Positions 11,801 to 24,929 of a stretch of 64,000 bases of DNA are shown here, in pieces (the first letter of the stretch is position 1; each line of letters begins with the position of its first letter). A program made the position numbers and the translations under genes. A model generated the notes under the pieces. It saw only the letters and a list, made by a program, of their open reading frames with translations. It had not been told where the DNA came from and ran no database searches. Source of the DNA: Lytechinus pictus (taxonomy: Eukaryota); assembly GCF_037042905.1 (NCBI RefSeq), contig NC_087245.1, forward strand, positions 17,052,001-17,116,000. The letters run 5' to 3'.

Positions 11801-14658
11801 ATATTATTAATCGGAGGCCCCAAACTCATTTCCTTATTCATGATTTAACAGAACCGATTGCCATTTTACCAAAAGGGGAATCGAATACCAACCAACAATA
11901 GTCTTGTATTTGTACTCCATTGTGAAGGTGATGCATAGAGGCTTTGAGGTATTATTCTTCGTCTGCACAAAAGAAATGACAAAAGGTACTTGAATGGACT
12001 CTCTGAAGCTGCATTCTAAGGCCAAAACCTTCATTCTCAATGCCACACCTATATTGTGCTCAAGAGTATCGATACGATGCTCCTGTAATCTGTAGAGAAA
12101 TCGATGATTTATTGCATACGGTTGACACTTCTGTCCAAGTAAATAACAATACAGGAAATATAAAAATAGGATAGGATATGAACTTCAAACACCAGTTCAC
12201 AACGTTCTTAACATAGACTTTGTGGTTTACCAAGACACATGCACCTCCAATCGCAAACAGACACGATGAACCAAATGAAGCATTGGTCATGTTTATCGGG
12301 ACAATGGCCATTCGTAATAAGTTTTTATTTACTCCTGCCCATTGTTCCCCTTTGTTGGTTTTGTCTGCGTCAGTTATGTCTGACTCGAACGGAAGGGTTG
12401 TAGAGTGAGAATATTCGGGTGATCAGTGTAAAAGTGTGCAGCAATTAGGTGAGGTTTAGTACAGAGGCGCCGCAAACCCACTTCTGCTGGGCAACAGGAG
12501 TTTGCGCCACCGCCCTTTAAGGGTTCCCGATGCTACCCCATTTTGACGTACAGGATACACCTGTTCTTACGTTACGTAATATTTGACATAAAGAAATTTT
12601 GGACCTTTGGTTGGACTAGCTCTTCATGTTCAATCAATGTTGTATACTGCGATAGTGATCAATTTTGATGAGAATATGAAGTGATCGCACAACCTTCGAA
12701 TGGTCCACATACCCAGAAATTTGAAAAATTTACTTACACACAAAGGGGTTGTGTAACCGTGATTAAACCGTCTCTATGCAACAAATTGTACAAAGTTGAA
12801 ACAAGATTAACGAAAATTGTCAAAATTAGATTCGATGTTCTTTTAGATAAGACAAACCTAAAACTCTCTCATAGTGGAGTTAAGTGTCCACGTGGAGATG
12901 GTGATGATGACGACTTCTCTAAACAACTCTGATTCACTTTCAACTAGAATGCTAAGATTAATTTTAAGTGTGGCAATTGTTTACGAAACTTTTGACGTCA
13001 CCGTATAGCTCACAAACATCTGTGTTGTCACGGGTTTTCTGTGATTAAAAATTACTTAAATAGCCTTACGATCTTTTACGATCTTTTATTTACAATAAGA
13101 GAAACGAATTATAATCAGATCATGTGAAGAGATCGACGGATAAGCTTTCCTCCTCTCAGGCGCCTCACGCCAGCAGTTTTCCATTTTCTTCTGTGACAAA
13201 AGACCTTTGTTAAAAACGAAGAGACGAACAAACTATTGTGAATTTTGAAGTAATTGCTGCCCAAATAAAAAGGGTATTAATCATTAAGAGTTTTCTGCTA
13301 TATAATAATAGCACCATTTTAATTCAAACCCAGCTTGGTCGTCTCAACAACTTCCCGAAGAGTCTTCCCAAGCTACGTCTTGTGTAACAAGGGTCATGAG
13401 GGTGAGGAAGTGAGCTAAAATTTCACATGGATGTGGTATATTTCTGTTCAGTGTTCGAATTTGATATCATTAATCATCAAAGAATAGTAGAATACCATTC
13501 ATTTGTGCAGAATATATAGTAACATATTAACATATAATAACAGAATCATGTCTCATCAGACGAATTGAGATCAGTTTTACTTAAACATGTTAAAGCACTA
13601 TCCAAATTTCATGGATTTAGTAAATTATGTTCAACTGGTTAGCGAAAGCTAGAAGTCTGGATTTACATTTCATTTTTTTCCAAATTCAAACAGGGTTTCG
13701 TGTAGAGAAATATTCTGCAATACAATCAGTTGCTGTGATTGGCTTGACAAAAAGTTTTGTTTGAGTTTATATCAATTTTTTTTTCTCATTAGAATGCGAT
13801 TTACGATGGTCACTGGGAAATTCAATGTACAAAAGAAGTTGAAATTGAAACAAAGGAATGAAAACAAAATATTCACAATGAATAAGTTTGTCCCAAAAAG
13901 ACAAACAATGAGTCTGAGAAATTTATACTTGGTGTCTTTATCATGTATGAAAATTATTCTTTTTTGCAATTATGCCAAGCTGAGTTGCGTCAATAGTCAG
14001 TCTGTTTAAGGAGGGAGAACTCTAAAGTTGACCTCGTCCCCTTCCTCAAAAGCATTCTTTTTCACAAAATTCTTATTTCACAAACCTGCCTCAAAAGTGA
14101 TTTTGATACTTCTCTCATTAAACATGAAAAATGCATGATGACATATTTATCTGACACTCGTTTTTATTCACTATAGTTTTTGTATCAAAAGGGTGGCTTG
14201 ATTTGGTAAGCATGTCGGAGGGAGAGAATGTTTAGTGTTTGGATGTTCTGGAGAGGTACATTATCGTGTGACAAGTTCACCCATTGGATATGACAGGCAT
14301 ACATCGATGTCCTCGTCACGGGATCCTAGTCGCGTTGATACCCCCTCGTCATGGGAGCTAAACTCCAGGTTAATGTGATTATGTCATTAACATTTTGCGT
14401 TCACATGTGGTGCTCTGGTGGTGACTCCTCCCAGTGGTGTAAGTTGGTGCTGCGAGATTTATGGGGTGGGTGATGAGAATGAGGCCACCGGGGGGGGGGG
14501 GGGGGGTGGAGGTGGGGGTATGGTCCAATCAAGGAATAATGAATAACATTTTACGTCATTTCTTATCGATAGGTATGTATCGCCAATACACGATTCACAT
14601 CGATAGTGTAACAATCGCCGATCACATGGCCTCAACTTTTTAGCCAATCACTACCCAG

Positions 14659-14723
14659 CAGTGGCGTACCTAGGATTTTCCACAGAGGGGGGGGGGGGGA
14701 ATCGGCCGCCAAAAAATTTGACA

Positions 14724-14762
<39 letters not shown>

Positions 14763-14993
14763 TCTTCAATAAAAAATAAAGGTTATTGTATCAGAGAAAA
14801 AAAAAAAAAAAAAAAAAAAAAGTCTTCAAGCTCCTCAGGGGGGGGGGCAATAAAGGTCTTCAAGCTCGTCAGGGGGGCATAAAAGGTCTTTCAAGCTCGT
14901 CAGGGGGGGCAGGGATATGTATTTTGTATGGGTTGTGGCTCGTCAGGGGGGGCAGAGTGCCCCCCTGCCCCCCCCCCCGTAGGTACGCTAGTG
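14659..14993. mobile_element. hAT-like non-autonomous element
   Basis: TIR cagtggcgtacc / ggtacgctagtg; perfect 8-bp TSD ctacccag (14651-14658, 14994-15001); internal tandem subrepeats ggtcttcaagctcgtcagggggg and long A runs. Confidence 0.88.
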
Positions 14994-17149
14994 CTACCCA
15001 GTCATATACGCCAGTTTATTCTTAATTCAAATTACTAGATAAATAGATGAGGTGTCACAAGAAATTACCTCCTAACTTTGCAAGTGCTAATTTTCACGTG
15101 CAAATTATTTACAAAAGTTGCAGTATAGGCCTATGAGCTATAACAGTTTCGTAAATGTCACTGACTTTTAAGGGAATGTCCGCAAAATCCTTGAGAATCT
15201 CTCATGAATCTTCATTATCCTATTTCAGGGGTCATTTATGTCGAAATCTATCATAGAAGCGGTTAACACACCCGTCCCATCCTTGAATATACTTTCACAT
15301 ACACCTGTCAATGTTGGCATCTGAAATCTATTTTAGCTATGTAGCTATGCCAGGGAGAGAATCAACCACTCGATCGTACCATGGACCTATCCATGATCGT
15401 ACTAGTGAATGCACTTTCACTCTTAATCGAGTGGCAAAGCACTCCCATCTGAATTACCACGATGGTATTCCCTGATCAGCCCCTCTCTCGTTGGCATGGT
15501 TGGGGTACATATTCCGTTCGATATGTTAATAGACTGGGTAGGTCAGGAGAATGTCTATTGTGGTGCTTTGGTATCATTCATACACTAAGTGACATATTTT
15601 TTTTTTCTATCAATTTTTATTGATCAAATGAAACATAATTACAGAAATCAAAACAATAAGATTCTGGGTTCGAACTCCAGTCTAGTATTTTATGCATGAA
15701 CAAGTCATTCAAATTCGATGTTTCTTAATTATCGAACGAAGTGGTGATTATCCCAGTTTCAGTCGCAAGGGTGTCTTTAAAAGGAGAGAGAGGATGAGAT
15801 GGTAATTGATTTTTTTAAAGTATTTTTTGTGACTGCCCCCCGTATTGACTTATGCATGTAGACAAGCAGGGCAGGCTCCCCGCCCGTAGGCTTATATTCG
15901 ACCACCCCCTCCCCTTTACAAGTTGAATGTTGATCTTCGGGAAGAGGTGTGATGGAGAGGATGAAGTGGTGTTAGACCTCGGGAGATACATGGATGAAAG
16001 ATGATGTTCTCACCACTCAGCTTTATGTTGTTGACCGGGCAGAGTAATATCATCATCATCATGATGGTATCGACAAAACACCTCGCTCAGCTCAAGAAAT
16101 GAAAAATGGGAAATGATCTCACATCTCCCTTGGTTTGTCCAGGGACTCTCTTGTTTTTACAAGCCTGACAATTCTAAATTGCTTTGCATCTTCCGACACG
16201 AACATTTGTACAGGTGAAAACACGGATATCATCGGATAATCTCATATCTGTGAGGTTTTAATCATGATTATGGCTCGTGAATCTGAGACAGGGTTTTTAT
16301 GACGACTTTACAATCATTTTTAGTTTTTTACTTTACTGCAGTGGGTGCCCTGGAAAAGGCGAAACCGTTTTATTTCTTCATAATTTAAAGCATGTTCTAA
16401 ACGTAGAGAATATTGCCAAGAGTCAAATATCCCAAGATCACTGACTTTGATGAAGTAGAATACATAAAAAAGGTTTTGAAGGTTTATTGTACCGATCTCT
16501 TACACATTTTCAGTTCAATTAAACAAATCACCTGGTAATAATGACTGTACTGATGTGGATTTCCTTCATATACAACAGGCCACATAAATAGCTTACCCTC
16601 AATTGCGTGTCGGAGCTAGCTGAACAAGTTTCTTTGGAGATTAGGTTTTAAAATTACCAGGACAGTCCGCTAATTGAATTAACATGTAATTTGTTATATA
16701 GGATGGGCATTTCCTTTACACGCTAAATATATACATATATATAAATGAACACCCTGTCTCATTCCTTAATCGAAAGTTATTTTAAAAAAGGTATATGATC
16801 GGACAATGATCTGCTCGATTGCAAAGTTACGTGCCTGGAATCGATAAAGATCAGTATACCTATAAATCTTCTAAAGAGATAATTATTACACTTAAATGGA
16901 TTCGAAAGGAATCAATCAAGAACCGGTAGTAACTTGAGAGATCTTGATTTTTTAATCACCTGGAGCTTAAGACATGACCTTCTTTAGAAAAAAAAGTGTG
17001 AAAAGTAATCAATTTGCAAGGGTGCATTAGTGAGGAGGGTTGTGAGTTGGTAGTTGTGATCATCTGGAACGTTAACTGTTTGCTTCTGAACCTCTATATC
17101 ATGTGCAGTAGAACTATCTGTCTTTAAGATGAGCCCCCCCCCCCCCAGA

Positions 17150-17830
17150 ATAAAAATAGTAATAAAATAAAATGAAAATAAATAAATAAAATGAAATAAA
17201 TGAAATAGAATGAAATATAGATAAAATAAGATATGAAGAAAGAAAACAATATATAAATGTAGAGAATAAGTAAATAAAGAATGATTAAATGGAAATAAAT
17301 GAATAAAAAGCTAGACACATACATACATACATAAATAAATAAATAAATAAATAAATAAATTTGAATAATAAAATTAGATAAATAAGATAACATTAGAAGG
17401 ATGTAAAATAAAATAGTGAATACTTTGAATTATATCGCTTCGTTTTTAGAATTAAAATATTATATGATGTAAGAATGATTAGTTTTATTCATCCTAAAAA
17501 CTATTCTTAAAAAAAAAATATCACAAAGAAGCGAATATATGATACATATTTTTTTGTTATTACATACATGCTCACTTTTAATCCCTTTTTGTTTCTATTT
17601 TCTTACTTTCTTTCTTTCTTTCTTCCTTCCTTTTTTCTTCCTTTCTTTTTTTTTTCTTTCTTTCTTTCTTTCTCTCTCTTTCTTTCTTTCTTTCTTTCTC
17701 TCTCTTTCTTTCTTTCTCTCTCTTTCTTTCTTACTTTCTTTCTTCCTTCCTTCCTTCCTCCCTTCCTTCCTTCTTTCCTTCCTACCTCCCTTTCTTTCTT
17801 TAAAAAAAAAATCTCTTCCCCTTTCTTTCT
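17150..17830. repeat. Low-complexity (AAAT)-like tract and (TTTC/TTCC)n tract
   Basis: Read directly; explains the Phe/Leu/Ser- and Lys/Glu/Arg-rich ORFs. Confidence 0.92.
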
Positions 17831-19494
17831 GTATTTCTTCCTCTGTTAAGTATTTACATGCATGCGAAGGGATCTTAGTATTATCTACTCCAGACTTTTC
17901 CATGTTATTTACACCATTCATTTGGGATAACATGTGAGGCACTTAACCCACTTATCTCACCACCTTTTTGCATTTTCACCGATTTTCCGGGCTACCATTT
18001 TCTAATTAGCACTGGTTAAGGCCAGTAATGCATTTGAACTTTTCTGCTTTTCACTGCAGTATATGATCGTTCCCAGTCTCGTTCATCATGAAACGAAAAG
18101 GCATTCTTTCTCTGTTCTTCACGTTTTTGTTTACTGGAAAATGTTTACAATAATCACCCCTTAGAAAACACAAAAATAAATTTTCTGGACATGGTGGAAC
18201 CGTGGAATGCAGGGAATATTGCGTAACCATGGAGATTGCCAATTTAACTTCAGGTCATAGGAAAGTGTTCGTGTTTCTGTTATTTATTGTTTTTTGTGAC
18301 TTCCACAGTGCTGACACATTTTATGAAGTGATGTTTATAGTCGAAGACTTAATATTAGTTGAGGACATTTGAGATGGGAGGTATTATTGACGGGTAATAC
18401 TTTGCGCTGTTGGGTTTACATTTTGTTGCTTTTTTTGTTTTTTCTTTGGGGGGGGGGGCAATTGCTCTTGGGGCAGTCGTATTAAGGTGCGTGATGGCAT
18501 GTTGCCCTTCTGGTTCCAGAATGTTCGAACAGAATATACCCCCTATCCTGTAAACCCTAATCAATGGTTGATTGTGTACAAGGTGTTTTTACTTTCTTCC
18601 AAACCTTTTGATTCATCCATTCTTTGCAAAGCTATTTTCTCAAGAGACCGAAAAAAAGTTATTCGCACGCTTTTGTATCATGTAATTAATTGTCACTGTA
18701 GTTTGTTTTTGCTTTAAAACAGATTTTCTTTCAAAAAATAAAAAATTACTTGGAATCATCAAGATCATCAAACGCGTCTAGTTACACCTCTTCGGGGAAA
18801 AAATGGTATTTAGATAACTGTAAACACTGATGAAATTTGACATGTTTTTGGAAAGTTTTTTTTTTTATTCTTAGAACAATAATTTATCTTCGTCATTTGG
18901 AAAAGAAGCTCTGCGTATCGGAATGCGTTTTTTTTTCTTTCTCTCTCTCTTTCTGATTGCATTTATCGTGTTAATGTTCATATTACTAAATATTATGATC
19001 ACTCAAGTATAATAGTTAAGTATAGTATTAGATATGATTCCTCTTATTCGAAGCATAAACATTTCTGGATATAGCCCTTATTATTACCCAGAGGAGATGG
19101 ACGAGATGAGGAATGGATGAGGTGAGGAGTGCAAGTAAGATGAATCCATTGTCCCTATGAGAGAACTACCAATGAACTCCTTACTGGCGGGAGACCATTG
19201 CCCTAAGCTAAGCCAAGACACCGTTGGTCCGATATTAATAGAAAACATGCCAATCCAAAGAGTTTTTGGGTAACATAACGAGTTAAAGATACTGTCCAAA
19301 CTGTTACTTATCAGTTGTGCTTGTCTATTTTTAAACACCAAACAAGTGTCTCGGAAATTCTGTGTAGGATTGTGAAAGATATAGATGGCGTATATTTTAA
19401 TGTTTTATTTATGGTTATGTTATATAAGTTTCATTATCATGAATACTATTATTAATATTATAAATATTTCATAAGTAGTATATTACTACTAATA

Positions 19495-19539
19495 TTGTTG
19501 CTACTGCTGCTGCTGCTGTTGCTACTGCTGCTACTACTA

Positions 19540-19577
<38 letters not shown>

Positions 19578-19596
19578 ACTACTACTACTCCTTCTC

Positions 19597-19675
<79 letters not shown>

Positions 19676-20000
19676 CCCTACTACCCAGCTGCCATTATCA
19701 TAACTTCACTACCACCACCACCACTACCACCATCACAAGCGTATAACCACTACTTAGGCATTTTGCTTATGCTTCTGTTTTCGTTTGTGCTTATGCTTCT
19801 CTCATTCTGCTTTTGCTCGTACTTCTTATTCTGCTTCTGCTTCCAATCTTACTCGGTGCTGTGTTTTTTTATCCTGCTTTTGCTTCTTCTGCCTTCTGCT
19901 TCTTCTTCTGCTACTTCTGTTGTTGCTTCTGGTTCTGCCTCTGAACCCGCTTCTGCTTCGGTTTTTGCATTTGCTTCTGCTCTGCTGTTACTGCTCCTGC
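19495..20000. repeat. (CTA/CTG)n microsatellite followed by degenerate (CTTCTG)n
   Basis: Read directly. Confidence 0.95.
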
Positions 20001-20004
20001 TTTT

Positions 20005-20231
20005 GAGGGGGGGGGGGGGCTGGATATGGCGTATTGGGCAAAATCAAGTCAAAATATGCAGCAAAATTTCGAGATTTTTAGTAGAAATTTCAAATTTTGT
20101 GATAGATTTTGACATAATATTATGAAAATAATATATTTTTCCTCCCTCTCTCTTTCTCCCCCCCCCCCTTGGTCGTGATTTTTTTTGAGGGGTAGTCAAG
20201 CGCTCCGAACACCCCCATCTGTACGCCACTG
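20005..20231 (-). mobile_element. hAT-like MITE, reverse-orientation relative of the element at 24637-24857
   Basis: Ends gtacgccactg; contains aattttgtgatagattttgacataat, the exact reverse complement of sequence inside 24637-24857. Confidence 0.7.
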
Positions 20232-20810
20232 CCGCTGGGTGTCTTTCATCATTATTTTGGATAGGCGCTTTCAATTATGATATTATTATAGCTAATAATC
20301 TTCAGGAATGTTCATGTGCAATATCCTTTGATAAAAAAATGTATTGAATGGGGATTGTTGTGTATAGTGCTGAACACAATCTTTAGAAATAGGGATTAGA
20401 GGTTCTGACGTAGTATCCCTCAACGAATCATTCATTCTGAAGAGGAAGTGTTATTATTTTTTCGTAGGTTTTCTACTACTACTACTACTTCTACTACAGT
20501 GTTAGAAAAACAAAAGATTTTACAGGAAAAAATAAACAGATTTTACAGAAAGAAATAAAAAAATCATTCTGTAAATTGTTTTAACAGGAAAGATTTTCTA
20601 CATTTTTTTCTACAATTTTACAAAACAGGTCTATTAAAAAAAAGAGAAAACTGTTTTATTACAATAAATTTGTAAGGTTGCATACACCAAATACCAATTT
20701 TCTGTAATTGTACACAAATGCATATAAGATTACACAGTGCAGTAATATTACAGGTGTTCTCCGAGACTCTGCTGCAGGAATTTTCGTTTTTTGCTACTAC
20801 TACTACTACT

Positions 20811-21050
20811 GTGTGCATCGTGGTCTAGTGGTTACGACTCTCGTCTTTCAATCAGAGGGACATGGGTTAAATTCCAAGCCACGGCATGTTTTCCTTCAAC
20901 AAGAAATTTACCCATTGTGCTGCAATCAATCCAGGTGAGGTGAATGGGTTAGGTAGAAATTCCTCGAGTGCTTGAGCGCCCACTTTATTTTTCAAAACTG
21001 AAAAACTGGGTAAATTGAAATATGACGTTATAATATATTATTGTTATTAC
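20811..21050 (+). mobile_element. tRNA-derived SINE
   Basis: A-box tggtctagtgg, anticodon-like ctttcaa, degenerate B-box ggttaaattcc, central block tgctgcaatcaatccaggtg...aatggg, AT-rich tail; related copies at 50925-51090 and 56620-56863. Confidence 0.75.
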
Positions 21051-21093
21051 CTTTACTGCTGCTACTATAGCATAACTATTATACTACTTTAGA

Positions 21094-21220
21094 ACGGCGA
21101 GTCGAAAACAGCCGTTTTAACATTCCTGTACCTATGATAATAGGTGGTTTGAATAAAAATGAATAAAACGGCTGTTTTCGACTCGCCGTACGGCCGCCGT
21201 AGAGCAAATGTGACTGAGAC
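21094..21220. mobile_element. Palindromic MITE, left end truncated
   Basis: Perfect 26-bp inverted repeat 21094-21119 / 21164-21189 with inner acctat/ataggt stem. Confidence 0.7.
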
Positions 21221-23342
21221 ACAGCATAATAGTATACGCTTTACACCTCGAGCAAAACTAAATGTTATCGTACAGGATAATGGCATGTTGTAATGGGTAA
21301 TGACCCGTAACACGGTGTAGTAATAGACCAGCTGCGACCTACAAAGGATCTTACCTTGGGGAAAATACAAAATAAGCAAAATAAGGTACCTTTAAAGTTT
21401 TGTTTAGATTATTATTCTCACGTAGAGTCGCGTATCTTTAATGATTACTTATATGACATTAAAACATCAATCGGGTTTCAGTTTCGTCATAATAGCTTTT
21501 GGTTAATTATAAAGAGGTATAAAAAGTGTATTCACGTGTTTTCGCATGCTACTTTTAAAAATATAAGGTGAAGTAAAACATCTAATTTCCCAGTCGACCC
21601 TATAGAGATTAAAGACTAATTTTTTTATTTCGTGAGCATATATATAGGCCTATGTATATATGTATATATTCATACATATTTATTGATTTATATTTATTTA
21701 TTTATTTATTCATTTATTTATGTATTTATTTATATGTGTGTATGTCAACTCCAATATGATAACTGATATATATATGACTGATTCACGGGCTATAGGGCGT
21801 GATTGTTGATTTTAATATTCACGTGTACATAGGCTGGGTTGAATTGGTTTACATATTTTTATTTCAACTGTTTGCGACCATATTTTGCTTTGAAAGTTTG
21901 GGAACATTATTTTTAAATTACAACACATTTTATTCTTTACCATTTTCAAGTACCATACTAAGATTTTCTCACAACAGGTACACAACAATAGTGTCATGAC
22001 TTTCCTTCGTGTCATCTCATTCACTTGGTGTGAAAAAAAAATGTTTAGAGCGATGTATAATCCACCTGTTATTGATTAATGACTTGCAAAATATCAAATG
22101 AATAAGAAGGGGAGGGGTTCTTATTGATCTCCATACCAATGACATCGTTATAAGTGTTAATCTCTTCCGATGAGGTCATGATTGAGGTTTATTTAGAAAG
22201 CAGGACGTATAGGCTATATGTATTACTATAAGCCTAAGTCAAGATGTTTTTAGCATGGATGCCATGCACGGTGATTTCCTGAGGGTTTTTTTCCCCCCGC
22301 GGGGAGGGTGGGGGGCCTGTCGAATACGCTGCTGTTGAAAACAGCGATGGGGGATAAAACGCACCCCCCCCTTCGATCGTCACCCATTGTTATGATTACT
22401 GATATAACGTTCCCGAGGTTTCAAACCACCTGAATCCGCCATGGTTCGAACGATGAAGAGACAAACCATTCCTACCTCCATGGACAAACCATGGACCTAT
22501 GAAAGCTGGACATTCATCGGTTAGTTAATGAATTCACTAACATCTGACTGTCATTGTCATGTGAATAACATTCTCTTCATATTTATATCCTGTGATACCA
22601 TCATGGTCGCCGTCAATTAAACCATGAATTACAGAAGCTTTCAGTGATTAGACATTTAACATTAGACAAATTGTATGCGCAGAAGGTAATAAATCACCTG
22701 AATTCTTGGAAATTAATGTGCAGTTCTGGTTTACAAATGGTTATCTTAGTTCCATGGTTTTTATTTGGAAAAATGTATGAATATTTCAAGATAGAGGCTG
22801 AAATGAAATTGATTGATTGTAATTTGTAATCACATTTTAAAGATTTCCTCATAATATTCCAGAGAAACATGGTGGGTTTCTTGTAGGGGTCGTCCCCCTC
22901 TCGTTGTTAGAAAAGTCATTATGAGTGTGCAGAAGCGTGCAAATCGATAATAATAAATTTGATATCACAAAAATCGTCTGCTTCTCAATTTGCTGTTCCA
23001 AATCTGAAACATCTTAATTGAAAGGTATAATCTGCTACAAGACATCAGCCAACAAACGGCAAAAAGAGCAAAACATTCCTTTGTGAAGATCAGATTCGCC
23101 TTGGTAGTCGCTATTGTCAAAGCACCTGTATGTTATCATTAATATGCACATAATCAGGAGACGGCGACTATGACCCCTGTTACATCTGAGAGATTCCCTA
23201 CCTCGGGCCGGCCCGGGGCCTACCTCGGGTCGGAAAGAAATCAGATGTAAACATCCCAAACCTACCTCGGGCCACCTTTTAGCGAACCTACCCGAGACCA
23301 CATCCAGAGGTAGTCTCGGGTAGGTATCGGGCCGGCCCCGGT

Positions 23343-24929
23343 CAGTGGCGTAACAGGCGGGGGGGCAGGGGGGGCAAGCTGCCCCCCCTGGCGGAGCTCA
23401 CCGGGAAAATAAAAAAAAACGGGAAAAAGAAAAAAAAGGGGGGAAGAAAGGGAAAGGGAAAGGAAAGAAAAAAGGGGAAAGGGAAAGGAAAAGGGAAAAG
23501 AAAACTAAGAAAAAACATAAAAAAGGGAAAACGGAAAGATAACGGGAAAAGGAAGGAAAAAGAACAAGTGACAAAGAACAATTCGCCCCGATATACAAAT
23601 ACATTTGCATGATTAGTAAGACAGGGAAATAAATTAAAGATGACAAAAAAGGCAAACAAAAGCGGGAAATAAAGGCAGAATGGAATTAGCCAAAATCTAA
23701 ATTGGAAAATAAAGAATAGGGACAAGATAACGTACACTACCGGGCTGCCGAGGATTGAGATAACGAGCGGGAAGAAAAATGGATGGTATATAGCATAATG
23801 TCGTATGAAAGTCTATCATAAACTTGCTAAATCTCCAAAGGCTCTGTCCAAGAGTCAAGACCCCGTGCAGTGGGGGCTCTTCATCTGTAACCTCCAATGG
23901 GTTCTATAACGGGCCCCTATATGGACCTTTCCTGCATTAAGCTTTACGTTGAAGCACTGGCGTACCGGGGGGTGGTTCCACAGCCAAGGGGAAATAAAAG
24001 AAAATAAAGGAGGCAGCGAAATGAGATGAATGAAAAAAAATATATGACATGATATTTGCTATAATGATGTAAAAATCTATCACATAATTAGAATTTCATT
24101 TTAACAGGCCATTTTTTTCTGGCTCGCTTCGCTCGCTGGCGACTTTTTACAAATTTTCCCACATTTGCTATGGTGTGCCCCTCACAATATTTGGATGATT
24201 ACGATACACAACTGCATTGAATTTATGTGTTGTGTTAAAGCTATATAAATATACACGCAATTTGATTAAAATAAGTGGCCATCTGTAAGGTTTAAAATGG
24301 CTTTGATATCAAGAGGTTCCGGGGCTCTGCCCTGGACCCTACCCATAAAGCACTGTTATATGGATGAGTTTGGACCATGGCCCCCAAAAGTTCTACAACC
24401 AAACAAACAAAATGAGGAAAGAAAGGAAAGTGTATTATATTTTTCTGAATATCACGTTAAAATCTATCTTCATGTTAGATTCTCATGAAAAGGTGATTTT
24501 TTATCTCGCTCGCTTCGCTCTCTCGGGACCTATATCAAGCTACTTCTTGCCAAAAGCGGCATACTCGGCCCCCTCAAGCATATAGAGCTTCGCCCTGATG
24601 CTCACAATCATAAGTTCATAACAAAAATCCTGTTCACCGTGGCGTACAAAAAAGAGAGAAAAAAGGAAAGAGAGGAGGGTGAATATATGATATCATCTTT
24701 TTAACATTATGTCAAAATCTATCACAAAATTGGATTTTTTGCAATAAAGATGTCAAAAAAGTTTTGCTCGCTCGCTTCGCTCGCTCGCTTATATATATAT
24801 ACATTTTCCCGATACGCCATATCGCCCCCTCAAAATTTTTGCCTTATGACGCCATTGCCTGTTCAATGATATGACCGGGAAATTTTTGGCTCTTGCCCCC
24901 CCTGGCCACCGACCCCTGTTACGCCGCTG
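23343..24929. mobile_element. hAT-like composite non-autonomous element (1587 bp)
   Basis: TIR cagtggcgtaacagg / cctgttacgccgctg; perfect 8-bp TSD gccccggt (23335-23342, 24930-24937). Confidence 0.9.
24637..24857. mobile_element. hAT-like MITE nested in the 1587-bp element
   Basis: Ends ccgtggcgta / tgacgccattg; perfect 8-bp TSD cctgttca (24629-24636, 24858-24865). A more decayed relative lies at 23955-24214 (TSD cgttgaag/cattgaat). Confidence 0.8.

Noticed and set aside
14661..15025. Poly-Lys/Gly ORFs and spaced internal repeats that superficially look like an array
   Set aside because: They lie within a TIR- and TSD-bounded MITE; the spacers are homopolymer runs, not unique CRISPR-like spacers, and the DNA is eukaryotic.
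19113..19140. Third phase-1 micro-exon candidate (MDEVRSA, CAA|gtaaga)
   Set aside because: Competing out-of-frame ATGs immediately upstream and no promoter features; expected by chance.
20811..20885. Possible tRNA gene
   Set aside because: Degenerate B-box, no full cloverleaf, and it continues into a body shared with two other copies, so it is a SINE head.
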